A DNA stretch of 64,000 bases from Raillietiella orientalis (taxonomy: Eukaryota). Numbering within the stretch: the first letter of the stretch is position 1; every line of letters starts with the position of its first letter. Position numbers and translations under genes: made by a program. Location: assembly GCA_036172245.1 (NCBI GenBank), contig JAYWIR010000006.1, positions 3,782,001 to 3,846,000 on the forward strand, in the 5' to 3' direction. Shown here piece by piece: positions 1-12,417 of this stretch. The notes below the pieces were generated by a model. It saw only the letters and a list, made by a program, of their open reading frames with translations. It had not been told where the DNA came from and did no database searches.

Positions 1-1685
1 TGAGAAAATGAATGTTAAGTAAAAATAAAAGTAAGAAACCTGAGATCTTTCAATGAATTTAATATTTTATCCACCAATTCATCCTCGAACAACAAAATCT
101 GGTAATAAGCATGAAAGAATTTGAAACAATTATTCCTCCAAAGTTTCAATTTTGAAATAACATGAAATAGCTCTTAAAAAAAAGAATAATAATAATAAAA
201 AAAAGAACTTTTTAGAAAATGAGCTGTTGTTTGCAACAAATTTACAGCAGAAAAGTATAAAGATGCCAAAAGAGATGAAAATTCCCTCAACTTACAGTAA
301 AAAATAAGTCATGTTTTCGATATATTGAAACAAAGGATAGAAAACCATACTAAGCATGAATGCAGCCAATAGGAAAAGTTTCACTAAGTACAATCTTTCA
401 AACATTAAGCTCTCTGAAATCCAAAAATTTTCAAAATTCAAATTATATGAAGGAAACTGAAAATCTAATTTGCCTCCTATGCTTTGAGGAGTACATTCAT
501 TGAGACATGACATTATAAAATGACTGCAAGCAATAATGAATGTGCAATGAAAGTAAATGGTTTTGACATGTAATCATCATAACATGTATAGCTTTAAGGG
601 CATTCAGTATGATCAATACTTAAATAGGTATAAATTAATTTTCATCAACTCCAGTGCTATGTCTGTAGAGTTCTCCAACTATTAAGCTTCTTTTTTAAGT
701 CATTTTAAACTACATTTGTTTTTTGTCAAAATAACTGCCATCCATAACGTGAAGATTACTGGTACTATCGTTAATCAATTCAAGTATGCAATATTTTAAA
801 ATTAAATATCACTAAACTGCCTAAAGAGTTTAACTAAATTATTCTAGCAAACTTCCAAAAGATTGCCACCTTGTTGGCCACAAAGTTTCCTAACATTTTA
901 ATTGTATTGGTATGATAAAAAATTATTGCATAAAAAAATTATTTCCCCTCTGTTCCTTTACAGATGCACCCAAATTGATTTCACCTAATGAACCTTTATA
1001 AGCAGACATGACTTCAGGATTGTGAAACAAATGCAAAAGAAAACCACAAGTGACCTAGAATTACAAGACTGAATGCTTTAATTCCCACTTTGTATACAGA
1101 CTTATTTGCTGTTCGAAAAAATAAGTGATCATAAGAGAGAATGAAAAAAAATGCCAATAATGGCAATCTTTACTTTACTTTTTTAAGCTGTAACATTGCC
1201 ACTCTTAATGTACTTGTTGTGGATGTTATTTTCTGCACCTGAATTGATGCAAAAATAAGTGTTTTCATGGCAGAGAAGCACTGTGCATTTCATGACACAG
1301 AAGAACTTAAACCAGAAAAATCATAATGCCCTCTGATGATATACAGACCTTCACTTCATCTCTGCATTAAGCATATACATGGCAATACGCAAAAAATGAA
1401 ACAGACAAGGGGCAAGAAACAGACAGACAAAAAAAAATACACCTAATGGTAAGTCCAGTCAATCATTCCAGTTGATAACTCATCTTTTACTTTCAAAATC
1501 ATGTTCTTTTCACAACTCAGCCACTTGAATAATCCATAATAAAAAGCACTAAGATGGAAAATAACTGTGTTGATTGAGAAAAGCATTCATTCAGTGAAAA
1601 AACTATATTATAAGAGATGATGAGATCAGTACATTTGATTAATTACTCTCAAATGGTCAAAACTAATTACACATAAATGAATTAC

Positions 1686-1814
1686 CTCTCCACCACTTTC
1701 AGCTTTCTTCTTCTTCTTCTTTTTTTTGTTTCGATCACCTTTGGTTTTTCGCTTCTTTCCCTTTTTTTTCTTTTTAATACTGCTTTCCTCAGGATCATAA
1801 TCTTCATCATCTTC
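1686..1814 (-). CDS. Mi-2: Mi-2/CHD3-5 exon 3 (EDDEDYDPEESSIKKKKKGKKRKTKGDRNKKKKKKKKAESGGE); gene continues leftwards, probably beyond the window
   Basis: TTATAG acceptor and GTAAT donor; 43 codons. The D-D-Y-D-P-E..KKKGKKRKT..G..KKKK pattern matches the insect Mi-2 N-terminus as I recall it. Confidence 0.8.
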
Positions 1815-2253
1815 CTATAAAATGAAAGAATTAAGAAACAGGCAAGGCAGACCAATGGTAACTCAAAATACACCACACAGATGCATTAAAGATGACACCA
1901 CAACAATAATGTTGATAGGATTCCCAACATTATGAACTTTTTAATAGCATCACTTTCACAAGTATCCACACAGCTACCAGATTGAATACTGTTACACAGA
2001 AGATTCAATACGTATCACAATGGCACCAAAAAAAATTAACATGCAATACTTCCAACAATAGAAAATTGTACATTTGAAGGTCATTTCAAAACAAACAAGG
2101 CAAACTTTAAAGAAAGTTGGCAACAAAGTAATGTTTTTGTTAAATAATTCAGTTTGCAATTTGATTATAGATTCAATTTTTCTAATTCAATACTTCACCT
2201 GAAACTATACAACCACTTTAAATTAAAATTTAATTATGAGCAAAAATTCTCAC

Positions 2254-2369
2254 TGGATGGAGATCATCTGATTCATGTCCATGCAATGACTGTTCTTCTT
2301 CTTCTGGGAAGTTATTTACAGGTTCATCTTGGTCATCCTGATTAAGATCTTCGTCTTCATCTTCTTCAC
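2254..2369 (-). CDS. Mi-2: Mi-2/CHD3-5 exon 2, acidic (GEEDEDEDLNQDDQDEPVNNFPEEEEQSLHGHESDDLHP)
   Basis: TTTAAG acceptor and GTGAG donor; open frame; phases match both neighbouring exons. Confidence 0.8.
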
Positions 2370-3038
2370 CTTAAAGGAACTTCAAGCATTATTTGATACA
2401 TCAGAAATGTATGGGAGAAAACGTAAGGATTGAAATGAAACCGAAAGCACTGTTTTTCAAATACTGAGAAAACTATTCTATGTTTTTGCATTGTTTATAC
2501 ACAGTATGTATATCTAAATCACGAAACCACACAAATAAGAGATGATCCTCATAACAGGACTGATAATCATGGCAACAAGAAAAACTGAACACCCGATTCG
2601 AGATGAATTCAAAATGAGGATACTTGTAAATATAGGAATACAATTCAACACATTTCCCTTCACACAATGATGGCAGAACATGAAATCACAGAATCACACA
2701 ATACTATCGGCAAATACAAAGCACACGCTCAAGCCCACAATGAAAACATTAACAAATGAAGCTATCGAACTAAGAACGGTTAACACTAGACAGCCCGTTC
2801 GTGCTATCTATACTGCTATCTATTCATACGGAAAATAAAACAAACAAAACTTTACGAAGCAAAACACAATTCTTGAAACTATCTTGTTGCTCTTTACATC
2901 TTAGTGCTAACATGGGCCTATGGGCTTACGTATATTTCTACAATTACCATCCTCGACACTTCCATACGAAACAATACACTTGGCCGGCAAAAAAATAAAT
3001 AAATAAATAGCATCAAAGAATAATGGAAAAAAAAAAAC

Positions 3039-3072
3039 CTGCATATGACCCTTCTTCTAGATCTGATGTCAT
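3039..3072 (-). CDS. Mi-2: Mi-2/CHD3-5 chromatin remodeller, first coding exon (MTSDLEEGSYA+G)
   Basis: ATG at 3072 and GT donor at 3038. The phase-1 intron joins in frame to exon 2254-2369. Confidence 0.75.
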
Positions 3073-6000
3073 TTACAATGTGCAGTTTGCTACACAGGGA
3101 AACAATTTAAGCACGGTGGCTCCGTTATCTTAGCGCTCAATAGTTAACTTTTCGCTTATTATACCATCCCTACCTCACAGGGAGCGTCTTTATTGCTATT
3201 CAGTTAAACCAATAAATGTAGGGTTTTTTTTGAAGATAATTGTTACCACCAAAACTTCAGCGTTATCGCGAATATCTCCATTTTAAAAAATCTTTTCCCG
3301 TTTTGGCTCACACTTGGCACATGTACGATCGGGAATTATCTTCTTCAATGGAATTATTAAGAAACGATTAAGTAATGCAAGGGTATTGTGTTGAGTTTCA
3401 AAAGGGAATATATATATATATGCATTTGAAGGGGAATTTTTGCCCCTCTTAGTTTCGAGGTTCCATCACATAAAATGGAAGCTAATCGGAGAATCTGAAC
3501 GAGCTCCAGTTTCATCTAAAAATTGGTGATTTTAAGGTTTCAAAACCATTCCTTGAGATGTAATTAGAGGTGACCATTCCATTACCTCAACCGCAGCACA
3601 TCTTTCTGGTATCTGAAATCATATAAACCACGCCAGCTTACTAGAATTGATTCACTAAACAGAAGTTGAAAAATTATAAGCAGATAAATTACTGATCAAG
3701 TTTCTATTCATTCGCTACATCAGGCATTATTTATTCCAACTACAGTAATCTATAATTACAGTTTCTAGTATAAAGCACTCCCATGAAAACAAATCCACAA
3801 GGAATCATTGTTTTAATCTTTATACATTTTTGAATCCGCAAAAGCGTTCTTAAGGAATTCAGACTAACAAAAAAATGCAGTTGTTTGCAAATCCACGGAT
3901 AATACAATGATAGTGCATGCAATGATGTTCCGAAAAACATCCATCTCGTACCAACCCATGGAAAGTTTACTGTTTAAGGAGCTTCAAATACAAATTATAA
4001 ATAACAAGACGAACCTTCAAAGGAAATAGAAATAAGGAGCTGCTTTTTTCGTCGTTGTTCATATCTTGTGATATTGAATAATAAAAACGAACATTTAAAA
4101 ATGGAGATCACAAGGTAAAGAAACGGAAGTATAGAATCTGAATGAGAAAATTTGAGAACACAGATGTTAAAATGCATAATGGTGCGATATTCATATCTTC
4201 TTGAAAGCGAAAATTTAAACTATGTGTGTCTTTTCTTTCCTTTTAATGAACATTTGTCGTTTGGGCTTTATATGGTTCAGTCATAGGACCGAAGATGGTG
4301 CTGAAAAGTTGAGTGCTGAGAAGCTATAAGTTGAGGAAGAGTTTTTTTCTCTCTTCAAAAGTGCAACATAAATAGCTTCCTTTTTTTTTGTTGTTGTTGG
4401 TGGTGCTCCGAATTTAGTAGGATAGTACGTACCCATCGGAAAAATATAGTACGCATCGAAAAAACAAACGTTTTTGAAACCTGCATTTAAGGATTTGACG
4501 GTTCTTTGGTGCCAAAAGGATCACCATTTTGCAAAGGTAGCAAGCAATCTGGCTTACGGCGCCGACCTGAACTCCAATCGGGTGGCACCTGAGAGGGAAC
4601 AGTTGTCCCTGCAAATCTTCTGATTAGACTTGCACAAAAAATCATCAGTTGGTGGTTTAGTGAGCGGATGTGGGGATATTCCAGGGCATGGAATTTATTA
4701 GGAATTAGGCACGGACGACAGGGGTCTTCTCTCGTAATATCAAACGAATTTGTTTCGTCTTCGTTGCAGTCTCCTCGGGTGATCTGAAAATTAGCGTTTA
4801 CTTAGTCTCGATGTTTCATACTTCGTTGTGAATTCGTACTCGCATTCCCGGAAAGAAACCAACACCTTCCGTGCTTCCAAGCATTGAAACTTCGATGTCG
4901 AAACATGGAATAGGGTTTTTAAATGAGAATTTTTGTCCATCCATGTGTCATACCTGTAGTCCGTCTGAATACATTGCTAGCTCCAAAAGATATTCAGAAA
5001 TAGCTCCAGATTCAGCTATCTTTTCGGAAAGCACAACGCTGTGATCACGAAACCAGCAAGGTGGGAAACGGAATTTTCGTGTCTGTAACATCTCACAGAC
5101 AGTCAAACCGAAAGTTCGCCGAAAATCCGTTAGAAACGCCTGGTAAAGTTTCGAGACTGTTTACAAACTGTCATTTACTTTTGCCAGCTGTTTGCGTTAC
5201 TTCCCAGTGACAACTGTATTCCCGTTTTGCAGCTTATGAAACCAGAGCCGTGCACCGCAGGAATGGCATGCGGGGTCCTCCTCATCTCCGGTATGAAAGT
5301 GTCTCGTTTCTGTCTTCCCATTTTTACTGATCTGGTCATGCTGAATACGGGAGCATTTTTTGGTTCCGTTTCTCTGATTGGTGCCCTTTGCTACAGTCCT
5401 GAAGCGTGCAAAGGCGTTCTCGTGTTGCTTCGAGCTTGAGAACTATTCCATCAAGGACATCCTTTTTGCCATTTGCAGGACGAACACTGGCCACCTGTGG
5501 AGAGGACTGCCACCGTGCTATGAGGTAATGAAGTCACCTTTTGTAATTGGGTGCCTTGGATCAGGATGCAAAGGATTTGCATTTCAGTGATCGGATTCCG
5601 AGGGCACAAATTACGATCCCGGAAAATCATGTCAACGGAATTCACGAAGAAGCTGCTGGATCTCTTTGAGTTTCCCAAGATAGGTAGACCTGTTCTGGAA
5701 AGGGAACGATTTCTTATTTTTCATCCACAAAAGTTTCGTGTGCTGACCTTTTAGCGAAAAGGAAGCCGAGAACCCAGAAGAGTGGTTTATTGTAGCTTGC
5801 AAATTGCGAAACCTAGAGAATCCCGGATACCCTGATGAGCGTACCGAATGGTCCTCAGCTCGAAAAATCTCCACTGCGTTTGGATCACTGTACTGTGCAC
5901 TGCAGAGTTCACTGTTTGAGAGGTAATGCATTCCAGACAGCATTTTCTCCGAGTTACAAACCCGAAGTTAGGTCAGTCCACTGAGGTCCCGAATCCGATG

Positions 6001-8399
6001 ACAAATGTCTTTTATCTATACCTCTGTACAGAACCCTTTTTCTTCCGGGCGGCTCACTCAGGATTAACAATAAAGAAACATAAATGATTCCAGGAGATGT
6101 ACATACATGCGAGTATTCACCTCTCCTATCTAGCAGGTTTATTCTTATCAGTATGTCTTATTTGCGAATGTGGTTAGGATCAGTTCTTGCAATGAACTGA
6201 TTTCATTGGTTACCCTTCATTTACGTGTAGATAATCTGATCGACAGTAAACTTGTACACGAACACGCACACACACGTATGTATCATCTACTGTATGAAAT
6301 CAAGCACGTCCCTAAGAAGACATCGAATCGCGGACTACAATCTCCTTAGGGAATTGCAATGCAATACCTTATGTTTACAATTTGCTCTATAAGTGAAAGT
6401 TGAAGATTAAGTAGACATGGAACGAGAAACCAATGTTACGAAGAAACTTAAAAAAGAAAAAAGAAAGGAAACGAAAAGAAGTACCGACTCTGTGTTGCAC
6501 CAAAGTCTGCAGATGAATAACGCAATTTTCGAAGCTTCACAGGCAAAAATCATTCTTACATTTGACAAACGATGCTGGAAACACTGTTTTCACGGCAATA
6601 AGAAATGGACCTTTTTTCTTGGAGGCGGAGGGGGGGAGAGGAATCCTGATGAGCTGGCTAATCCATAAAGATAGGCCGCTAATCAAATCAACTCCAGCAT
6701 CACGACGGTTGCCAAAACGACTTTAATCTTTCGCATACTTTATGCCAACTTTCGCGTCCGTTTCCGAAATGAGGTTGAAGTCGCATTTCGAATGAAGTTC
6801 AAGTTGATCTTTAATTCACGAAGCACGAAAACAGCTTGCAGTACGTGATCTTGAAGGCATTCGAAGTGAAAATGGGTGTACCGCAGCATCGGAGGCACAT
6901 CTGTCGTTTTCTTTGCTTCCTTCGCTTGCTTGCGGGTGCGGAGGACCTGCCGGGGTTCACCGAGCCGGAAAGCCTCTTCTCACGTGTCATTCGAAAAACT
7001 CTGCCAGTCAGCGTTGGATACGTGGTTGACAGTTTCCTGCATGACGAGCTGCCTTCACGGAGGCGGGAGGAAAAAAAAACAAAAATTCCTTTTTTTTCCT
7101 GCCTACTTCTGCGAGTACGTGCATGGACAGAAACGAGGCTCCTACCACCAGAGAAACAAGGCAGCACGGAGAAGGCTTAATGTCGAAGGAAAGGTCTTGT
7201 GGTCACTGCGTGAACACGAGAAACCATCAGTTCGAAACCGGTCCATGAGTCGGGGACGGATGAGGAGGGATCCGATCGTCATCGGTCAGACAAGTAGCAG
7301 AACTCCGCTGCAGCCGGCGTCTTCAACTCGGATTCCTCCGTTGCATCTCCATATCCCGGTGCAGTGGGTTTCTCAGTGTACGTTCGGAGACCACGTTTGA
7401 CTTGTAAAAAAAGAAAGGAAGAAAAAAGGGGGGATGAGATTTTCGCCGGTGTATTCTTACGTGTGCAGCATCACGTGGGGTCTCCGTGGAAGTTTCTGTG
7501 TGCAGAGGTGCATCTCCCGGCACAGCCGCCGCAGTGGGTGAAAAAGTGATGCCCTCCGTCTCGAAACGACCATCCGCTCCGATTGTGTCTCGGGAGAGAA
7601 ACGAATCCGAAATTTTGAATCACCTCGAATCGAATCTCGTCCACGTCCATGTGTGCGTTTCGGGGGATTTTTCTTTTTCTTTCTTTCTTTCCTTTCAAGC
7701 TGTGGTGCTCGTTTCAGAGATGTCCTTGGTGGACTGGCCAACGTGATGCAGATAAATATAATCCAGACAGCCGCTCTTTGCAAAATGTGTAAAGAAATGA
7801 CCTGCAGCTGGCGAACCCGTTGATCACAGTCGGTTTTCACAGTTGATTACGGTCAGCGATTTGGTATCATGGTCAATATTGTCCTTCAAGGTGAGCTTCG
7901 AAAGCAGTCTTTCGTAACTCATGTCAATCCGTGAGTTTCTATTGCGGAAGGGGAATGTAATTTAAGAATTTTTATAATTAGCTCACTGCTACATTACATT
8001 GTAAGCAGAGAAGCAAGGACGGTCATTGTGGGTCTCTCGATTTCCATAAGCTTGTTTTCTTTAATGGATGCAGACATGTGCTAGAAAACATCGAGAGTTT
8101 TATAATAAGCTGTTGAAAGCCGTAAAAATATATGTCATGGAAATAAAGCGGCATCCAATGAGGAATGGAATTATTATGGACTTTTGTTGTTAGACTATCA
8201 GCATGCTGGTATCTATAAATTGTTCAGTATCCAATATGTCCAAGACCTTGAGGCAACTGTCCTGATTTTTCTTTTTTTTTTTTTTGAGAGCAGGGGAAAA
8301 AGTGAAAAGTTCGGTGCAAAGAATTTCAAGGAATCCAAAGGAAATTCTGCCGAAATTCTTCTTGCTTTCAGGATGCTTTAGAGAAGCATCTCTTGCGCA

Positions 8400-8770
8400 C
8401 AGGCACGGAATCTGCGGTGTGGGTTTGTGCAGCTCGGCTTTCCTTTTCGGATGCAGCGACCCCCGAGGAGAACTTCCAACCCCATTTTTCGTGGTTTTGA
8501 CGATAGGCAGGTCCTGTGCGTCGTCAGGTCAGCAGCAGTGTCCTCGTTGCCTGAGGCATGGCGGACGCATCTGCCGCGTCCCGTGGCGCCTTGATCCGCA
8601 ACATGCTGTTCCCATCCCCGGTGGCTGTTGGGATGAACGTCGGTTTTTTTTCCAATCGCATGACGGACTTTTGTTGTGTGCCCGAAGCAGCAGGACTCCT
8701 GCGATGATTCGGGAAAGGTCGCCGTCGCGCTGCCACTTTGAGCGAGACGGCAACCGAGCCCAACCCGACG
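8400..8770 (-). mobile_element. Decayed tRNA-like 5' module of a LINE (homologue of 20715-21395)
   Basis: Shared blocks GAGACGGCAACCG, GACCCC.GAGG..AACTTCCAA.CCC and CGCA.CAT...CCC.GGTGG with 21175-21380. Confidence 0.55.
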
Positions 8771-8784
8771 ATGCCGGTGCTGCT

Positions 8785-10720
8785 TCTCACCCGGGTGCTC
8801 TGGGGCGTTTATTGCTAAACTATCCAGGAACAAAGTTCCCGGACAAAGGGTACAGAGGCACGGAGGGAGGAATCCCCGATACGCAGGTCGGTATATCCGA
8901 AAGCCCGAAACGGGAGGGAGGGGACCACAAATATATATATATATAAAATATAAATAAAAATATGGGGGATTGGGGACAGAGGTCTTTGGCTTCGGCCGTT
9001 CCTTCCTTTCAGAACCGGCTATGGATGCCGGTGATCTCGCTCCTAACGTTCTCTGGAAGATGGGTCCACTCGGCAGCAGACGTCATGTTCCCGTCGGCTA
9101 AACCGGTGACCTCTCGAAAAATCGCCTGCGACTCCAACTGGCGGTGGGCCGTGCCGATGGCGCGGATGCGACAGATCGTTGCGACGACCGCACCGAACGA
9201 CAGGCCGCCTGGCGTGAAGAAGCGGCGCATTGAAGTCCTTGCGGTGCCCCCTTGGCGGAGGAGCGCTGAAGTCGGCCTCCACCACAGTCCTTGGAGGACA
9301 CCGCAGTCGAAGAGCAGGTGCGGGAGCGTTTCCGAAGCTCCGCATATCGGACGCCGGTGCTGCTGTGATCAGCCAGGGCCGATCCATCTCTGGCAGCCTA
9401 CGGCCTCGGTGTGGTCGTGATGCCGCGGGTCGTCTCGAACGAGTACCATAAGATCCTGACGAACCCTAACCTGCGCAATGACCTGCCCAGCTGTCCGATA
9501 TTTGACCATTGGACGACGCAGAAAGCGAGGGTTTGCACCGTCGCAGGTCATTTTTTGCCAGCAACAAGAAGTTTCCCTTGCGTCCTCCTTTCTTTGTCGG
9601 CGTCGGAAAGCGTGGCCGACCGGAATCGCCCGGAAGCACCACTGCGGGTTTGAAATTTCGGATGCGATGAATTTTTTTTTAATTTGAATTCAGTTTTCTT
9701 TAGCGGCGCGATAAACACTCGGTTTCTCGCTCAAGGTTTTCCTTGAATTTTCCGAGAGACCATGGATTTTTTTTCTTTCCCCCCCCCTTCACGGAAAGTG
9801 ATATAGAAGAAGCGTTGGTAAACAAAGATTTGACCTGGACTCTGGGATTCCGCGGTTTCGCGCGGACGTGGGAAATGGTGGTCTGCCCTGTCTGTGATTC
9901 GTGTGCGAGGAGGCGACCGTTCCGGGATAAGGCGAGAAGGGTCAGAATCGCATGGGGGGAGGGGGGCATGGAAACGAAAACTTTGCAATCCCGAACGACG
10001 ACGCCCCTGGCCTGACACCTAGGTTACTGGTGTACAGTAAAAGCCCATCCCCCACCGCCTCTTCCATGCTTTGTCGTACTCCGACCTATTTACGCACTCA
10101 CGCCTCCGGAAGTTTCGGGAAGAATGAGTAGGCGATGAAAATCGAGCAGGGACACGAGCGAATTGAATTTGGGGAGTGCCGGACGTAAGGGAGGGGGGTG
10201 ATTTTTGTTTTTTGCAAAAGTGACCCCTCCGTGCATTTTCCCAGATTTCCGTGGAACTCCATCAAACGTGGGAAAGCAGGCGTAATGAAGGGGCGCCCCC
10301 CCCCTCCTCCCAGGGCGCGTAAGGAGGACGTCCAAACCGGAACGCTGTCTGAGCACCCCCGCTGAAAGGCTCCTGCCAAACGTCTCAGACGATCGCCAAA
10401 GTCCCTTCGCCGAAGGGGTTGATGATGTCCCGGAGGAGAATCAAGCACGAAGCTGTGCGAAAACAGACGTCGGTTCCACCGAAATCTGTGGATCAATGAT
10501 GGGAGAAGTTTCCACGGCGATGGTTCCTCCACGAGATCTCCACGTCGCTTTTTCGATTCGTCTTATAAATAAACGATCGTCGCCATGGAGCAAAAATAAA
10601 ATGTGTACACTGCTGGCTTGGTTCAGCCGAAGAACAGCATCGTTTCTTTCTGAGATGTAGTAGCAGTGGGTCGGGAATGAAATTTTCCATCCCTTTTCTT
10701 CTTGAAGGGAATTTCGTTTG
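8785..10720 (-). mobile_element. Decayed L1/Tx1-clade LINE: ORF2 C-terminus, 3' UTR and weaker RT remnants
   Basis: 9009-9345 reads CGASETLPHLLFDCGVLQGLW..MRRFFTPGGLSFGAVVATICRIRAI..EITGIHSRF*, clearly homologous to the end of ORF 46229-49081. Frameshifted GVRQG-like (~10010) and GDL..W..L-like (~10500) remnants lie upstream. 3' hairpin at 8785-8813. Confidence 0.75.
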
Positions 10721-11961
10721 CACCTTATAAATCCTGTTTCACTTCGGGATGTGGATCGCTGTCGAGACGAGAAGTCCGCCGTGGGAAGGCGGCTGAGCTT
10801 GCACTATCGATTATAACACGCAAAAAAAAAAAAAAATGCTCCTCGGCTTTGCATTCCTGAATCCCCCCCTCCCCCATGAAGACTTCACATGCTGACTGCA
10901 CTGCTTGGCATATTGATTTTGGTAGGAGCCGATGAGGCGTTTATGCTGTTTTGATCGGAAGCTGCGGAATCCGTCTCCCTGGAGTCGCGGATTCCCGCTC
11001 GAAACTTGGGAGGGGTGGATTGAAAGATGGTTCCCGTGCTCTCTGGTTCTCACATGAAGAATGCTCTTTTTTTTGTTTCTTTTTTTTTCCCCCTTCAGAT
11101 TCATATCCAAGTTTAAAAATAGTCGACACTTTGCAGTTTCCTTTGTTTATTTATTTTTGTTCTCCTTTATGGTCGGTAAGGGAAAGCAATGCAAAGTTAG
11201 ACTTCAGGGAACGTAAGGACTCTCCCATCCCTGTAGAGCAGTCCCACTAACCTTTCTTCTTCTCGAGCCGCAGACGCAAGTTTGCAACAGTGCGCGGGCT
11301 GCATACAGTACGTTGTATATTATAACATAATCATACAAAAAAAGTAAACTCGAAATCTAAATGAAACCACGCGTTTATTTAAAAACGAGTGTACTATTTG
11401 ATGTTGAGACCCTTTTGACTGTTTTAGGTACATCAGATTTGGGATTGCCACATCTTAACACATCATCAAAGTGAGGACCAGCAAGGGATGTCGGGCCGCA
11501 CATAGAAGCTTGGCGGGCCGTAGGCCGAGTATGGCTGCTGCTGTAGAGGAACTGCTTCTCTTGATGGCCTTTCAGTCGCGTCTTACGTCTCGGCAAGTTT
11601 CCCTTTGTCCGGAGGAACTGGTTTCTTGTTGGGTTTCCCGTTTCAGTGCGTTCCCAGGGTCTTGGGAAACTTGCGAATCCGGAAAAATTTCATTGTGGGC
11701 CCCCTCGGCAGCCCCCCTCTTCCCCCTTCCGAGCTGACTGCATCCGGACGCTCTTCGCGGGTTCCTGAAAGCAAACGCGGGCACACACGCGAACGAAAAA
11801 CACCCGGTGTTGGCGCTCTGGTTTATTCGCTGGCACGACATGGTCGGTTCTTGCTAACACGAAAGTTCCGGATGTTCCGGTGCGCTTTGGCGCGAAGCGA
11901 CCTCCATTTTAATGCGGGAACGCTGGGGTCTGCGTGGCCTACGCCCACGGTCGCTCGGCAT

Positions 11962-12417
11962 TCAATAATTCTGTTTGCCAAACACCTCGCCGAAATCATG
12001 GAAATTCGCCAGGAAAGTCGATTTTCCGTTGTACAGTTTTATAGGTTCGTAGCGAAAGTACTGGATGTCATCGCTGTCGTCCACGTCGAAGAGACCTCCG
12101 GAAAGGACTTCGAAGTTTTGGGAACCGCGCAGGCTGCTGTCGCCCAGAAGGTTCTGGTCCTCGAGCGATCCCGGAAAGGGGATCTTTCTGGGAAACCTCT
12201 GGTCCTTCTTGCTCGAGAAGGGTTTCCTCTCCATCGCGTAGTGTTTCAGGTAAAACGACCAGAAGGGTTTCTCGCGGCGGGAGGACCTCTGCTCTTCCGA
12301 TTGGCGGAGCAGGTCGTACATCCTGTAGTTAAAAGGCAAGTAATAGTCCAGGTCCGCAGCGCCTTCGGCGGGCGTCTTAAACACGGGGTAATCTTTCCCG
12401 TACAGCACCGCGAAATC
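11962..12417 (-). CDS. Terminal coding exon of an uncharacterised protein (DFAVLYGKDYPVF...GSQNFEVLSGGLF...FLANFHDFGEVFGKQNY*)
   Basis: Pyrimidine-rich TTCTTCAG acceptor, 151 codons of protein-like composition, stop at 11962, downstream AATAAA at 11822 and 11374. Upstream exons not resolved. Confidence 0.65.
   Translation of the reverse strand, partial: DFAVLYGKDYPVFKTPAEGAADLDYYLPFNYRMYDLLRQSEEQRSSRREKPFWSFYLKHYAMERKPFSSKKDQRFPRKIPFPGSLEDQNLLGDSSLRGSQNFEVLSGGLFDVDDSDDIQYFRYEPIKLYNGKSTFLANFHDFGEVFGKQNY

Noticed and set aside
4414..6020. Moderate-GC block with several 65-103-aa ORFs
   Set aside because: Stops in the frames I read, no recognisable motif and no consistent exon chain.
7700..8260. 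Possible small + strand exons (donor AAG|GTGAG at ~7890)
   Set aside because: Could not be assembled into a phase-consistent, recognisable gene.
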